DNA of 64,000 nt from an uncultured Gemmataceae bacterium (GTDB lineage Bacteria > Planctomycetota > Planctomycetia > Gemmatales > Gemmataceae), in the NCBI GenBank assembly GCA_963750165.1, contig CAVVPN010000003.1, positions 320,001 through 384,000 of the forward strand. Direction: 5' to 3'. This document shows positions 52,404 through 62,876 of this stretch, in pieces (position 1 is the first letter of the stretch; every line of letters begins with the position of its first letter). The notes beneath the pieces were generated by a model. That model was not told the DNA's origin, did not search any database, and was given only the letters and a program-made list of their open reading frames with translations. A program made the translations under genes and the position numbers.

Positions 52404-54083
52404 TCAATGAAATCGGCAAACGCCGCGGCCGAAGTGGCGTTCCAACCGTTGTCGCAAACCCGGGTCCATCGAGATCGGGGGGTTGGGCCAAAACAACCGC
52501 ACCAACCGCGGCGGCCGCGGCAAGTCCAGTAATGCCTCCAGCCCCCGCTCGGTGATTTCGGTGGCGGCCACCTCCAGCCGAGTGAGGCACTCCACGAAGG
52601 GTGATAGCCACAACGCCAACAGCCCCGCGTCCCCGACCCTGGTATGGTTGAGGACCAGTGTGGTCAAGCGCCGCAGGTGCTTCGTGGTCGCCAGCGCCCG
52701 GACGCCGTCATCGCTGAATTCATTCGCGGACAGGTCCAGGCAGCGCAGCCACGCCAACTGGGGAAACGCCGCCAATGCTTGCAAGGCTTCGTCGCCCAAC
52801 CCGTTGCCCTGGAGGTTCAGCGTCTCCAATCCCCCAAAATGATTGGCAGAAGCCACGTCCTTGACGCCCCAGGCACTCAAGCCAGTCGCCGCCAGTCCCA
52901 GGAAGCGCAGCCGCCCCAGCCGCGCCGAGGAAGCCAGCGTCTTGGCCCCGTCGTCCCCCAGGGGGTTGGACCAGAGGTCGAGGTGGGTCAAGCCCGAGGC
53001 GGCGTCGCAGTTCGCCAGGGGCGCCAGAGCCCGTGCGTCCAGGTGGTTGTTTCCCAGTTCCAAAAAATGTGGCCGCAAGGTTGCCGACGCCGCCAGCGCC
53101 CGCGTGCCTGTCAGGCCGAGGGCTGTGCTGGACAGGTTCAATTCCGTTAGCGCCCCCAGGGTGCGCGAAGCGGCCAGCGCTTCCAACCCGGCGCTGCCCA
53201 GCGCCGGGTTGCCGTTGACCTCCAGCCTCACCAACCGCTTGAAATGGGGGGAGGACGCCAGCGCCCCCAGACCGGTCGGCTGCAGTTGCGTATTCGTCAG
53301 GCGGAGCATCGTCAGGGACTGACACAGCGGTGACGCCGCCAGCGCCTGGAGCCCGGCGGCTCCAAGGACATTGCCGCTCAGATCCAGATGGGTCAACTGC
53401 GTGAAAAGCCGCGCCTGCGCCAGAATTTCCATTGCCGCGGCACCGCAGACGTTATTTTGCAGGTCGAGTTCCCGCAAGCCACTGAGGTGGTGGGCCGCGA
53501 CCAGCGCCCGCATTGTGCCCGTGCCGACCCGGTTTCTCGCCAGCACTAACCGACGCAACCCGCCCAGGTGCGGCGACGCGATCAACTGTGTCACCTCAGA
53601 GTCAAGCAGGTTCCGGGTAGCGCCTTGTGGCGGCGTATCTGTCTGGCTCACATCCAGGCTGTGCAGGCGCCCCAGCAGGGGCGAAGCCGCCAGGGTGTCG
53701 ATATCGTGAGGGTCCAATGGCCGCAGCGTCAGGTCACGGATAGGGGCGAGGGCAAACAAATCAGCTCCGTGTTGGAGCAATTCCCGCGAACCCAGGGTGA
53801 CCGCCTCCGGCAGCCCGCCGTGCCAGCGCCAGTCGGAGCCGACCTTGCCGCCGAACCGGCACCAGTCCTTCGCGGCTGTTGCGGTCAACACACGGTCGCG
53901 CAACTCCAGCGCCGGCCGCTCCGGGGCGTCCTCGGCCAGGTGCGCCAGCCGGCACTGCACGCGGATCAGTTCCGCCCGCTCCGCCTCGCCCTGTTCCTCC
54001 AGCCAGTCGGCGTACACCAGGCGCAGGCCCTCGTCGTCGGTGTGATCGATGATCGCCTGCATCAGGCCGTGGCTGTCGGTCAT
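52404..54083 (-). CDS. TIGR02996-domain protein with RI-like leucine-rich repeats
   Basis: AII..DD..RLVYADWLEEQG..RAELIRVQC; ~28-aa LxxLDLxxNxLG repeats. Confidence 0.93.
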   Translation of the reverse strand: MTDSHGLMQAIIDHTDDEGLRLVYADWLEEQGEAERAELIRVQCRLAHLAEDAPERPALELRDRVLTATAAKDWCRFGGKVGSDWRWHGGLPEAVTLGSRELLQHGADLFALAPIRDLTLRPLDPHDIDTLAASPLLGRLHSLDVSQTDTPPQGATRNLLDSEVTQLIASPHLGGLRRLVLARNRVGTGTMRALVAAHHLSGLRELDLQNNVCGAAAMEILAQARLFTQLTHLDLSGNVLGAAGLQALAASPLCQSLTMLRLTNTQLQPTGLGALASSPHFKRLVRLEVNGNPALGSAGLEALAASRTLGALTELNLSSTALGLTGTRALAASATLRPHFLELGNNHLDARALAPLANCDAASGLTHLDLWSNPLGDDGAKTLASSARLGRLRFLGLAATGLSAWGVKDVASANHFGGLETLNLQGNGLGDEALQALAAFPQLAWLRCLDLSANEFSDDGVRALATTKHLRRLTTLVLNHTRVGDAGLLALWLSPFVECLTRLEVAATEITERGLEALLDLPRPPRLVRLFWPNPPISMDPGLRQRLERHFGRGVCRFH

Positions 54084-54461
54084 GCAACCCTTCTTTCTGC
54101 CGCTTGCGGCTTAACTTGGGATGAATCCCCACCCCTTCTCCGTATCCACCACCACGAAGAACATTGCCAGGGGTTTCATGGAACGCCTCGGCTTCAAGGC
54201 GATGGTCACGGGTTGCTGCGCCGACCGCGATGATACCGCGATGCCGGCGGTGGCACAACCTTCACGGCGAGCGGCGCGGCGTCGGCCCGCCGGTACTGCC
54301 GGCACCGGCGGGCTGACGCCGCGCCGCTCGCCAAAGCGCGAAAAAACTCTTCGCATTTCCCGCCGCGGCCCATTACACTGAAGGGATAAGGATGACCCAC
54401 CATCGGGTTTTGACCCGCCAACCAGGTGTCCCACCACCTTCGCACCGACAAGGGAGCCAGT

Positions 54462-56990
54462 ATGTCCCGCGTTGATCTTCCCCGCTCGGCAGGCTTCCGC
54501 CCGTTCCTCCGCCACAGCCTCAGCCTCGCCGTGCTCCTGGCCCTGACGCTGCCGGCCGCGGCCAGCCTCCCCAAAGACCCCGCCACCCGCGCCAGGGTCA
54601 TCGGCAGTCCGACCGCCCTGCGCGTGCAACCGGCGACCATCACGCTCAACGGCCCGCGCGCCAACGCCCAGGTGGTCGTCACCGGCCACTACGCCGACGG
54701 CACCGTCCGCGACCTGACCCACTTCTGCGATCTGCAACTGGACCGGGCCGGCGTCGCCGCGCTCGACGACGACCGTTTCCTGACACCGGTGCAGGACGGC
54801 AGCGTGACGCTGGTGGTCAAGGCGGGCGGCAAGGTGGTGTCGGTGCCGGTCACGGTCAAGCACCAGGCGACGGACCTGGATGTCAGTTTTCGCCATGAAT
54901 TTATCGCGGCCCTGAACGTCGGTGGCTGCAACTCGGGTGCCTGCCACGGCACGCCCAGCGGCAAGAACGGCTTCAAGCTCAGCCTGCGCGGCTACGATCC
55001 CGCCGCGGACTACCTGCAACTGACGCGCGACGTGCTCGGCCGCCGTACCGACCGCCAGGGCCCCGAGCACAGCCTGATTTACCTGAAGGCTCTCGGCCGC
55101 GTCCCGCACGAGGGCGGCCAGCGCTTCACGGCCAAAAGCGTGCCGGCCCGCACCATGCTCGCCTGGCTCGCTCAGGGGTTGAAGGACGACCCCAGAGAAT
55201 TGCCGAAGCTGCAAAAGGTGGAAGTGCTGCCGGGCGCACGGCTGCTCAACGACCCGGTGCGCTGGCAGCAGTTGTCGGTGCAGGCCCACTACAGCGACGG
55301 CAGCACGCGCGACGTGACGCGCCTGACCGTCTTCAGCAGCAGCGACCCCGCCATTGCCGGCGTGGATGCGAACGGCCTGGTCGAGTTCGGCCAGAGCGGC
55401 GAGGTGGCGGTGCTGTGCCGCTACCTGCACGAGATGATCGCGGTGCGGCTGACGTACCTGCAACCGAAGGAAGGCTTCAAATGGAGCAATCCGCCGGAAA
55501 ATAACTACATCGATAAGCTCACCTTCGCCAAGTTGAAGATGCTGAACATTCTGCCGTCGGATCTGTGCAGCGATCAGGAGTTTTTGCGGCGTGTCTACAT
55601 GGACGTGTGCGGCGTGCTGCCGACCGCGGCGGAGGCCAGGGCGTTTCTGGACAGCAAGGATCAAAACAAGCGGGCCCGGCTGATCGACGCGCTGCTGGAG
55701 CGGCCGGAGTACGCCGACCTGTGGACGCTGAAGTGGGCGGACGTGTTCCGCAGCAACCGCAAGACGATCCAGGTGAAGGGCGTCCACGTTTTCCAGAAGT
55801 GGCTGCGGACGCATGTCGAGAAGAACACCGGCGTGGACGTGATGGTGCGTGAGCTGCTGACCGCCAGCGGCAGCACCTACGCCAACCCGCCGGCGAACTA
55901 CTACCGCATCGCCACGGACCCGACCAACCTGGCGGAGACGACGGCCCAGCTGTTCTTCGGCGTCCGCATGCAGTGCGCCAAGTGCCACAACCACCCGTTC
56001 GAGCGCTGGACGCAGGACGACTACTACAGCACTGCGGCGTTCTTCGCCCGCGTCAAGAAGCGCAAGGACCCGACCAACCCGAGCGCGGCTCCGAACCAGA
56101 AGGGCGCGGAGTACATCTACGGCGCCCGCACCGGCGAGGTGATTCACCCGCGGACGCAGCAGGCGGCGGTGCCGCGCTTCCTCGGCGGCGTGACGCCAAA
56201 AATCCTGCCCGGTCAGGATCGCCGTGAGGTGCTCGCCAAATGGATCACGTCGGCGGACAACCCGTTCTTCGCGAAGTCGGTGGCAAACCGGCTGTGGTAT
56301 CACGTGCTGGGCCGCGGCATCGTCGATCCGGTCGATGATTTCCGCGACTCCAACCCCAGCGCCAACGACGACCTGCTTGATGCGCTGGCGAAGGATTTCG
56401 CGACTCACAAGTTCGACGCCAGGCACCTGCTGCGGACGATCCTGAACTCGCGGACGTACCAGCTCAGCGCCCAGAGCAACGACTTCAACAAGGACGACAA
56501 CAAGTATTTCTCGAAGGCGGTGACGAAACTGCACACAGCCGAGCAGTTGTTCGACGCGCTCTGCGCGGTGACGGACGTGCCGGAGAAGTTCGCAGGGCTG
56601 CCGCTGGGCACGCGGGCGGTGCAGCTGCCGGACGGCGAGGTGAACCACCCGTTCCTGAAGACGTTCGGCCAGCCGGCCCGCGAACTGGCCTGCGAGTGCG
56701 AACGCGAGGGCGACAGCAACCTCGCCCAGGCGCTGCAGCTCATCAACGGCCCGGCGGTCAACGACCGGCTGCGCAACGCCAACAACCGCATTGGCAAGGT
56801 GCTGGCGAAGAAACTGTCAAGCCGTGAGACGTTGAACGAGCTGTACCTGGTGACGCTGTCGCGGCTGCCGAACGAGGCGGAGGCCAAGGCGTCGCTGGAG
56901 CACGTCGAGCGGGCCATGAACGCCCGGCTGGCGTGGGAGGACGTGCAATGGGCGCTGATTAACTCGAAGGAGTTTTTGTTCCGGCATTAA
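54462..56990 (+). CDS. Planctomycete DUF1549/DUF1553 protein with Ig-like domains
   Basis: CNSGACHG, NYID..KL, EFLRRVYMD, CAKCHNHPF, GRGIVDPVDD, CECER, WALINSKEFLFRH. Confidence 0.93.
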   Translation: MSRVDLPRSAGFRPFLRHSLSLAVLLALTLPAAASLPKDPATRARVIGSPTALRVQPATITLNGPRANAQVVVTGHYADGTVRDLTHFCDLQLDRAGVAALDDDRFLTPVQDGSVTLVVKAGGKVVSVPVTVKHQATDLDVSFRHEFIAALNVGGCNSGACHGTPSGKNGFKLSLRGYDPAADYLQLTRDVLGRRTDRQGPEHSLIYLKALGRVPHEGGQRFTAKSVPARTMLAWLAQGLKDDPRELPKLQKVEVLPGARLLNDPVRWQQLSVQAHYSDGSTRDVTRLTVFSSSDPAIAGVDANGLVEFGQSGEVAVLCRYLHEMIAVRLTYLQPKEGFKWSNPPENNYIDKLTFAKLKMLNILPSDLCSDQEFLRRVYMDVCGVLPTAAEARAFLDSKDQNKRARLIDALLERPEYADLWTLKWADVFRSNRKTIQVKGVHVFQKWLRTHVEKNTGVDVMVRELLTASGSTYANPPANYYRIATDPTNLAETTAQLFFGVRMQCAKCHNHPFERWTQDDYYSTAAFFARVKKRKDPTNPSAAPNQKGAEYIYGARTGEVIHPRTQQAAVPRFLGGVTPKILPGQDRREVLAKWITSADNPFFAKSVANRLWYHVLGRGIVDPVDDFRDSNPSANDDLLDALAKDFATHKFDARHLLRTILNSRTYQLSAQSNDFNKDDNKYFSKAVTKLHTAEQLFDALCAVTDVPEKFAGLPLGTRAVQLPDGEVNHPFLKTFGQPARELACECEREGDSNLAQALQLINGPAVNDRLRNANNRIGKVLAKKLSSRETLNELYLVTLSRLPNEAEAKASLEHVERAMNARLAWEDVQWALINSKEFLFRH

Positions 56991-57058
56991 CCGGGCGCTG
57001 CTTATCTACCGCTTGCGGCGTAGCGCTCTTCCGCTACGCCGCAAGCGGCAGAAAAAAG

Positions 57059-57345
57059 CTGACCGTCACGGGTTGTGGGGCGGGCAATCTCAACTGGGCC
57101 GATCTTTACGCCGAAGGCGTGTTATCCCAGAGCCCAGGGTCGCGCAGCGCACCCTGGGAACCCGATGCCTCGAGGGTGCCCCTACGCCGAAGGCGTTGCA
57201 TCGCGCCAGCGGACGTGTGATGGAACCCCTTCGGGGTACGGGCGTTGGGGCCGATTGAGTCTCCCAGGGTGCGCTGCGCGACCCTGGGCTCTGAGATAAC
57301 ACGCCTTCGGCGTAAAAAACCCCGCCCCACAATCCGTGACGGTCA
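57059..57345. repeat. ~290-bp nested palindromic element
   Basis: Outer CTGACCGTCACGG.TTGTGGGGCGGG arms; inner ~55-bp arms TTTACGCCGAAGGCGTGTTATC..CCCTGGGA. Confidence 0.85.
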
Positions 57346-57417
57346 GGAAAAAAGACCTCCACTTCCACGTCGCGTATTCACTTCTGCAACGGCGAGCGCA
57401 GCGACCTGTCTCGTTGC

Positions 57418-57675
57418 TCACGCTTCCGGCTCTGGTGTCGAATCCGGGCCGTCAGCCACCGCCTCCAGCGACTCCTCGGGCAGTTCGGTGGTGTGTTCGT
57501 TCCACGGGTCCACACGCACTTTCACGCCATAGAGTCGGCGACCGCCGATGCCGATGTTGCCGCGATCCTCGATGACCTCGGCGATCAGCCCTTTGAACCA
57601 GTGCTTGGGACGCACTCGTTGGCCGACCCGGAATTTACCGGGGGGTTGGCCGGGAACTTGCATCAGGGGGTTCAT
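57418..57675 (-). CDS. Small SH3-fold-like hypothetical protein
   Basis: KFRVGQRVR..AEVIEDRG..YGVKV..LPEESLE; GGGAG RBS. Confidence 0.6.
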   Translation of the reverse strand: MNPLMQVPGQPPGKFRVGQRVRPKHWFKGLIAEVIEDRGNIGIGGRRLYGVKVRVDPWNEHTTELPEESLEAVADGPDSTPEPEA

Positions 57676-57689
57676 ACACGTTCTCCCGT

Positions 57690-58270
57690 TCACCAGGGGG
57701 CGCTGCCGGTGAGCGACTCCACGTAATCCCGTAACACCTCGTCGAACGAACGCGCCAACCCGTCACACGCTTTGCGCCACACTCGAACGCCTGCCAGGGT
57801 CAGGTGCGGCCGTCCTGCTTGCACCATCGCCGCGGTGAAATCCTGATGGGCAATCGCGTTCCGCCATTCATTCAGTTCTTCCAGGGCCAACCGTCGGCCG
57901 GGGTTTTTGGCATCACGAACGTCAACCATCGACCAGAATACCAGACCGAACCGGGTGAAATCGATGCCGAGGTTGCCGGGGTTGGGGTTGCCACGGTCAA
58001 TCCGCCGCCCGAACAGGAGGTTCTCGCGCAACATTTCTCGAAGGTCTGGGTCGGCCACTGGCGCCACAAAATATTCGGCGCACTCCGAGTGCAAATCGCG
58101 GCAAAAACCTTGAAACTGTGCGGACAGCAGCATGGCATAGGCCTGGTTGATCTGCTGCGTTGCCGCCCGCGCCCCGGACCGGACCCGCGCACCGAGCGGT
58201 GTGCGTTCTCGACATCGGCCAGAGTCGCTGCCCGCTCGGCAAACCATTTTCGCAGGGAAGACGATGGCAT
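57690..58270 (-). CDS. HEPN-domain protein (putative RNase), apparent frameshift ~58170-58190
   Basis: LLSAQFQGFCRDL, GNPNPGNL, LNEWRNAIAH (R-x4-H); N-terminus MPSSSL in ORF ending 58270. Confidence 0.75.
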
Positions 58271-58503
58271 CCGTGCTCCTCATTCGTCGCCGCCGATGTC
58301 TATACCTCCAGTGATTATTTCCGCGCCCAGCGGACGGTCAAGCACAATTCCTTGTCTGCGGGGGAACGTCAGGGGGATCGGAAGTCGCGACGGTGATTTC
58401 AGAAATCGCCATCGTGGCTCCCGATTCCCTTGCCACTCCGGAGCATGTATCCAAAATCACTACAGCCCACCGTTGACCACTTTATAGACGCGGAGGGCGT
58501 ATC

Positions 58504-59694
58504 ATGGCACAAACCCATTTCTGTAACGGTACTGTCATCCTGCCCGACCGCCTGTTGCCCGACGTCACCGTCACCGCCGCGGAAGGCCGCATCCTGTCCG
58601 TCAGCCAGGCACCACCCACCGGCGACGGCGAACGCATCGATCTGCACGGCGGCTACCTCGCCCCGGGCTACGTCGATCTGCACGTCCACGGCGGCGCAGG
58701 CGCCGACTTCATGGACGGCACGGAAGACGCCTTCCGCACCGTCTGCGCCGCCCACCTGCGGCACGGCACCACCGCACTGCTGCCGACCACGACCGTCGCC
58801 CGCCACGATCAGCACCTGGCGTTCCTGGAGACGTGTGCCCGCCTGCCGGACACTGCGACCGGCAGCGCCCGCAATCTGGGAGCGCACTTCTATGGCCCTT
58901 ACTTCGCGCCGGAGGCCCGCGGCTGTCACCCCGCCGCGCCGCTGCGGCCGCCGACCGCCGCCGAGTACGAACAGTACCTCGCCTTCGCCGGCGCCATCAA
59001 CCGGGCGACGGTCGCGGCAGAGCTGCCGGGCGCCGAGGACTTCGTGCGCGCCTGTCGGTCGCGCGGCATCGGCGGCAACGTCGGTCACTCCTATGCCACG
59101 TTCGCGCAGCTGGAGGCGGCCCTGGAGTGGGGCGTCGATCACGTCGATCACCTGTTCTGCGCCATGTCCGACCGCGCTCGCCTGCGCCAGAGTCAGACCT
59201 ATCCGATGCGCGGCGGCGTCCTGGAGGCGACGTTGTACTTCGACGCGCTGACCACCGAGGTGATCGCGGACGGCAAGCACCTGCAGCGGGAACTGCTGTT
59301 GCTGGCGTACAAGGCCAAGGGCCCGGATCGGCTGGCGCTGGTGACCGACTGCAATCGGGCGCTGGACATGCCAGACGGCGAATACTGGTTCGGGCCGCGC
59401 GACGGCGGCGAGAAAATCCTGCGCCGCGCTGGCGTCGGCGTCATGCCGGATGGCAAGGCGCTGGCGTCGGGCGTCGTGGGCATGGATGAATGCGTGCGCA
59501 CCTTCCACGCGCTGACGGGGGTGCCGCTGCCGGAGGTGGTGCGCATGGCGAGCCTGACGCCAGCGCACATCGCCCGCCGCGCCGACGTACTCGGCAGCAT
59601 CGCGGTCGGCAAATACGCGGACTTGCTGGTGCTGGACCGGGAACTGCGCGTGCGACAGGTCTTCGTTGGCGGACGGCTGTGCGACGGCTGCTGA
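58504..59694 (+). CDS. nagA: N-acetylglucosamine-6-phosphate deacetylase family
   Basis: PGYVDLHVHGGAG, GAHFYGPY, GHS, HLFCAMS, IADGKHL, LVTD. Confidence 0.9.
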   Translation: MAQTHFCNGTVILPDRLLPDVTVTAAEGRILSVSQAPPTGDGERIDLHGGYLAPGYVDLHVHGGAGADFMDGTEDAFRTVCAAHLRHGTTALLPTTTVARHDQHLAFLETCARLPDTATGSARNLGAHFYGPYFAPEARGCHPAAPLRPPTAAEYEQYLAFAGAINRATVAAELPGAEDFVRACRSRGIGGNVGHSYATFAQLEAALEWGVDHVDHLFCAMSDRARLRQSQTYPMRGGVLEATLYFDALTTEVIADGKHLQRELLLLAYKAKGPDRLALVTDCNRALDMPDGEYWFGPRDGGEKILRRAGVGVMPDGKALASGVVGMDECVRTFHALTGVPLPEVVRMASLTPAHIARRADVLGSIAVGKYADLLVLDRELRVRQVFVGGRLCDGC

Positions 59695-59764
59695 ACGCGC
59701 CACCGCAGTGCCTGGCGGCACGGAACGCCCTGCTGGCGTGCAGGCGCGGAAGTGATGGACAGGC

Positions 59765-60799
59765 TCAGGCCACGCGCACGCGGCCAGGCTTTCCTTCGTC
59801 GCCCGCGCAAACGATGTCGCGGTCCAGGAAGCGGCGGATGACGGCGACATTGGTCAGCAGGTGCTGCGTCACCACCGCGACCGGATAGCTGGACGGTCCC
59901 TCGGCCAGCGCCAGCGGCAGCACCAGCTGGTCGGCGCTGTGAACATCCACACCGGGCGGCGCCGCGGCCAGGTACTCCTTGACCTGCTCGACCGCCTCGT
60001 CCGCGACCTTCTCGGCGCGCTTGCCGCGCTCGCCCAGCGCGAAGAACAGCGTCGGCACCGGCTGCGTGTTCAGGATCACCGCCAGCATCGTGCCGGGGCC
60101 GCCCTGCCAGCTCTCCTGGCGCACGTCCGTTTCCAGCCGGGTGTCGCGCAGCCGCTTGAGCGCCTGCCGCGCCTGTCGGTCGGCGATGTCCTCCGGCAGG
60201 CCCGCGACGGCGCTCAGGATCGTGGCTCGTCGCGGCGGCTCCGTCCGGGTGAGTTGCAGACCCTTCAGCCGCGGACAGGGTTCGATGGTCGCGTGGAGGG
60301 TGCCGCCGCCGCGCGGGTAGAAGCCGGCGCAGCGCGTCTCCAGCCCAACGCGCAGGCCGAGGAGATCCAGATAGTGCCGCCAGGTATCGTTGAGGAAGTG
60401 AAAGCAGGGGCTGTGCGGGACGTGGGTGCCGCCGGTGACGGTAACGTTGCAGACCTGGCCGCCGGCCAGGGCCAGCGGCAGGTAGAGCGTGTGCAGCACC
60501 AGTCCGGTGGCGCCGGCGGTGCCGATGCCGAAGGTGTAGTTGCCGCCGCGGACGGCGCCCGGCTCGAACACGAGGTCGGTACTGTCCTTGCTGGCGCCGC
60601 GCAGCTGGGCACCGCCGACCGACGCCGCGGCGCGGACGCTCATCAGGTGCTGCGGTTGCAGGCCGGGCCGGGACCGCCGCGCCCGGATGTGCCGCAGGTG
60701 AAACGCCTTGCCAGTCAGCAGCGCCAGCGCCAGACTGGTGCGGAGGATCTGGCCGCCACCCTCGCCGAAGGAACCGTCGAGTTCGATCATCGTGCCCAT
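59765..60799 (-). CDS. rtcA: RNA 3'-terminal phosphate cyclase
   Basis: DGSFGEGGGQILR, PGLQPQH, GGTHV, GFYPRGGG, DVHSADQL, TQHLLTN. Confidence 0.95.
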   Translation of the reverse strand: MGTMIELDGSFGEGGGQILRTSLALALLTGKAFHLRHIRARRSRPGLQPQHLMSVRAAASVGGAQLRGASKDSTDLVFEPGAVRGGNYTFGIGTAGATGLVLHTLYLPLALAGGQVCNVTVTGGTHVPHSPCFHFLNDTWRHYLDLLGLRVGLETRCAGFYPRGGGTLHATIEPCPRLKGLQLTRTEPPRRATILSAVAGLPEDIADRQARQALKRLRDTRLETDVRQESWQGGPGTMLAVILNTQPVPTLFFALGERGKRAEKVADEAVEQVKEYLAAAPPGVDVHSADQLVLPLALAEGPSSYPVAVVTQHLLTNVAVIRRFLDRDIVCAGDEGKPGRVRVA

Positions 60800-60842
60800 A
60801 CTCTCATGAGAGCACAGGTCAGCGAAAAGTTCACGAACAAAT

Positions 60843-61697
60843 TCACGGTGCAGCGGACCAGGTGGCCTGCAGCGCCAGCGGCGGCGCGACGCCAATGTCC
60901 GTGCCCTCGAAGGCCGGCAAGCCGCGCGTCGTGCGAATCACCAGCAGCCGCTGTACCCGGGCCTCCTCATCCTCCTGCGTCAGACACTGGCCGCCCAGCG
61001 ATTCTGGGTCATCGAGTAACGCTCCCACAACCACCATCTCGTTCGGCGCCAACGTCACCTCCCAGCCGAGGTCCGGATACGACTCCTGCAACTTGCGGTA
61101 CTCCAGCATCCAGCCGCGGCGGTCGGGGGCGGGGTAGATGTCCGGCACCGTCTCGCCGTGGCGGAACTGCGGCGTGAAGCGCACGGTCGTGCGGCCGTCG
61201 TCTGTCAAGGTCGGCGCCAGCACCAGGAACGGCTGCGCCTGACCGAGGACCACCGGCGTCGCCTGGCCGTCCTGGCGCAGCGTGCAGCGGCGCTCCGGCA
61301 GGGCGGGCCCCAGGGGGACGCTCTTCTGGTCGCCCGAGGCCAGCATCTGCCGCCAGCACAGGGCGCAATGGCGGCCGCTGGTCAGCAGGTTCTGCAACTC
61401 CGCCGGCGGCGCGCCGACGACATGGCCGACACGAAAGCCGTTGTCCGCCAGCAGCGCCTTGCGTTCGATGCCGACCACCTGCTCGTCGGTGCAGGCCCAC
61501 AGGCCACGGTTGACGAAGGCGTCGCCGAGCGGCCGCTCGATGACCACGATGTCCAGCAAGACGCCATCGGGCGCCAGTGTGCGGTTGGCGGTGCGGACGC
61601 GGTCCAGCCAGCTGCTCGGCCGCGCCGACTCGCTGGTGAAACAGCCGGTCAACGTGGACAGCAACAGCGCCGTCAGCCAGGCCCCGAAACGGTGCAT
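60843..61697 (-). CDS. Hypothetical lipoprotein
   Basis: Lipobox LTGC; W...DEQ, L.DNGFRVG motifs. Confidence 0.7.
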   Translation of the reverse strand: MHRFGAWLTALLLSTLTGCFTSESARPSSWLDRVRTANRTLAPDGVLLDIVVIERPLGDAFVNRGLWACTDEQVVGIERKALLADNGFRVGHVVGAPPAELQNLLTSGRHCALCWRQMLASGDQKSVPLGPALPERRCTLRQDGQATPVVLGQAQPFLVLAPTLTDDGRTTVRFTPQFRHGETVPDIYPAPDRRGWMLEYRKLQESYPDLGWEVTLAPNEMVVVGALLDDPESLGGQCLTQEDEEARVQRLLVIRTTRGLPAFEGTDIGVAPPLALQATWSAAP

Positions 61698-61811
61698 GGT
61701 TGGCTTCCTTGTCGGCAAGCGCACAATATCCCCTGGAGAAGGACGCGGATAATAGCGACTGCCGGGTGGCAGTCAAGGGCAACCTGGGCGGGGCCGCACC
61801 TCTGATCGCCG

Positions 61812-61839
61812 TTGACGCGGCGGCGGAAAGCCCTAGAAT
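61812..61839 (+). promoter_or_regulatory. sigma70-type tRNA promoter
   Basis: TTGACG-N16-TAGAAT. Confidence 0.7.
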
Positions 61840-61857
61840 TCAAACATTCCCGAACCT

Positions 61858-61930
61858 GGGGCCGTAGCTCAACTGGGAGAGCGCAGCGTTCGCAATGCTG
61901 AGGTTAGGGGTTCGATCCCCCTCGGCTCCA
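61858..61930 (+). tRNA. tRNA-Ala(CGC), CCA not encoded
   Basis: GGGGCCG/CGGCTCC acceptor stem with G3:U70, anticodon loop TT-CGC-AA, GTTCGA T-loop. Confidence 0.97.
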
Positions 61931-61935
61931 CTGAA

Positions 61936-61975
61936 ACAAGGCTTGCGAAACTTCGCAAGCCTTGTACTTTTTTTG
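61936..61975 (+). terminator. Intrinsic terminator
   Basis: ACAAGGCTTGCGAA-ac-TTCGCAAGCCTTGT followed by T-run. Confidence 0.85.
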
Positions 61976-62007
61976 CGCCGCGCACATCACCCTACCACAC
62001 AGCGCGG

Positions 62008-62742
62008 TCAGCGCGGCGTGCGGCGGTGCAGGGGCAGGAAGTCGTGGACGTAGACCATCAGACCAAGGTCCACGAGTTCTTCCTCCACGTCCTCCGGTTC
62101 GGGGTGGTCGAGGGTCTCGGCGATCTCCTGGACCAGTAGTTCGGCGAACTTGAGGCGCGCGCGGCTGACCTGTTTACGGAAAGCGTCGGGCCGCAGGCGC
62201 TTGCCGCTGAGTTGGCTGGCGCGCTCGGCCAGGGACTTCGAGTCCTCGCCGGGGTAGCGAGCGCACAGGCGCAGCACGGTATGGAAGAGGTTGTCCGGCG
62301 ACTGCTGCTGGTGCTTCTCCAGGCGTTTCCAGGCGCGCTGCAGCAGGCAGCGTCGCCACTGCACGATCCATTCCTGGTCGGGGAAGTTCGGCGGCTCGGC
62401 GGCGTCCGGCACGTTGAGCAGGCCGTGGTCGGTGTGGGGCGGCGGTTGCTGGCGGTTGAGGTGGTTCTGCGCGGCGTTGCGGACGGTCTTTTTCAGGTAA
62501 TCGCGGAAGCGACCGCGGTCCTGGCTGGTCCGCGGCAGGCCGTTCTGGCTGACCCACAACAGGAAGTCCTGGGCGACCTCCTCGGCGTCGTCCTTGTTCT
62601 TGATGAGGGCGTACAGGTAACGCTGGATGGGCTGGGCGTAGCGGACCACGAGGTGCGCCGGCTCGAAGACCAGCGACCAGTCGGTTTCGATCTGGTCCAG
62701 GCCGAGGTCGGGCGCCGGTTCGGGTTGTGAAGTCTGCTCCAT
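62008..62742 (-). CDS. Atypical planctomycete ECF-type sigma factor
   Basis: ETDWSLV, DAEEVAQDF, RGRFRDYLK, RKQVSRARLKF. Confidence 0.75.
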   Translation of the reverse strand: MEQTSQPEPAPDLGLDQIETDWSLVFEPAHLVVRYAQPIQRYLYALIKNKDDAEEVAQDFLLWVSQNGLPRTSQDRGRFRDYLKKTVRNAAQNHLNRQQPPPHTDHGLLNVPDAAEPPNFPDQEWIVQWRRCLLQRAWKRLEKHQQQSPDNLFHTVLRLCARYPGEDSKSLAERASQLSGKRLRPDAFRKQVSRARLKFAELLVQEIAETLDHPEPEDVEEELVDLGLMVYVHDFLPLHRRTPR

Positions 62743-62876
62743 CGCTGGTTCCCCTTCCTTCCCGCCGGCCAGGTCGGGATCGGCGACGCGCAGGGAATCC
62801 CCCGACCCGCCGCGCACACAAGCGACAGGTTGATTTTGCACCCTGCCGAGTGCAATGGCAAGGGGAGTTCGTGACC

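Noticed and set aside
61858..62008. tRNA as integration site of an island or prophage
   Set aside because: No integrase and no duplicated tRNA 3' end seen in the window
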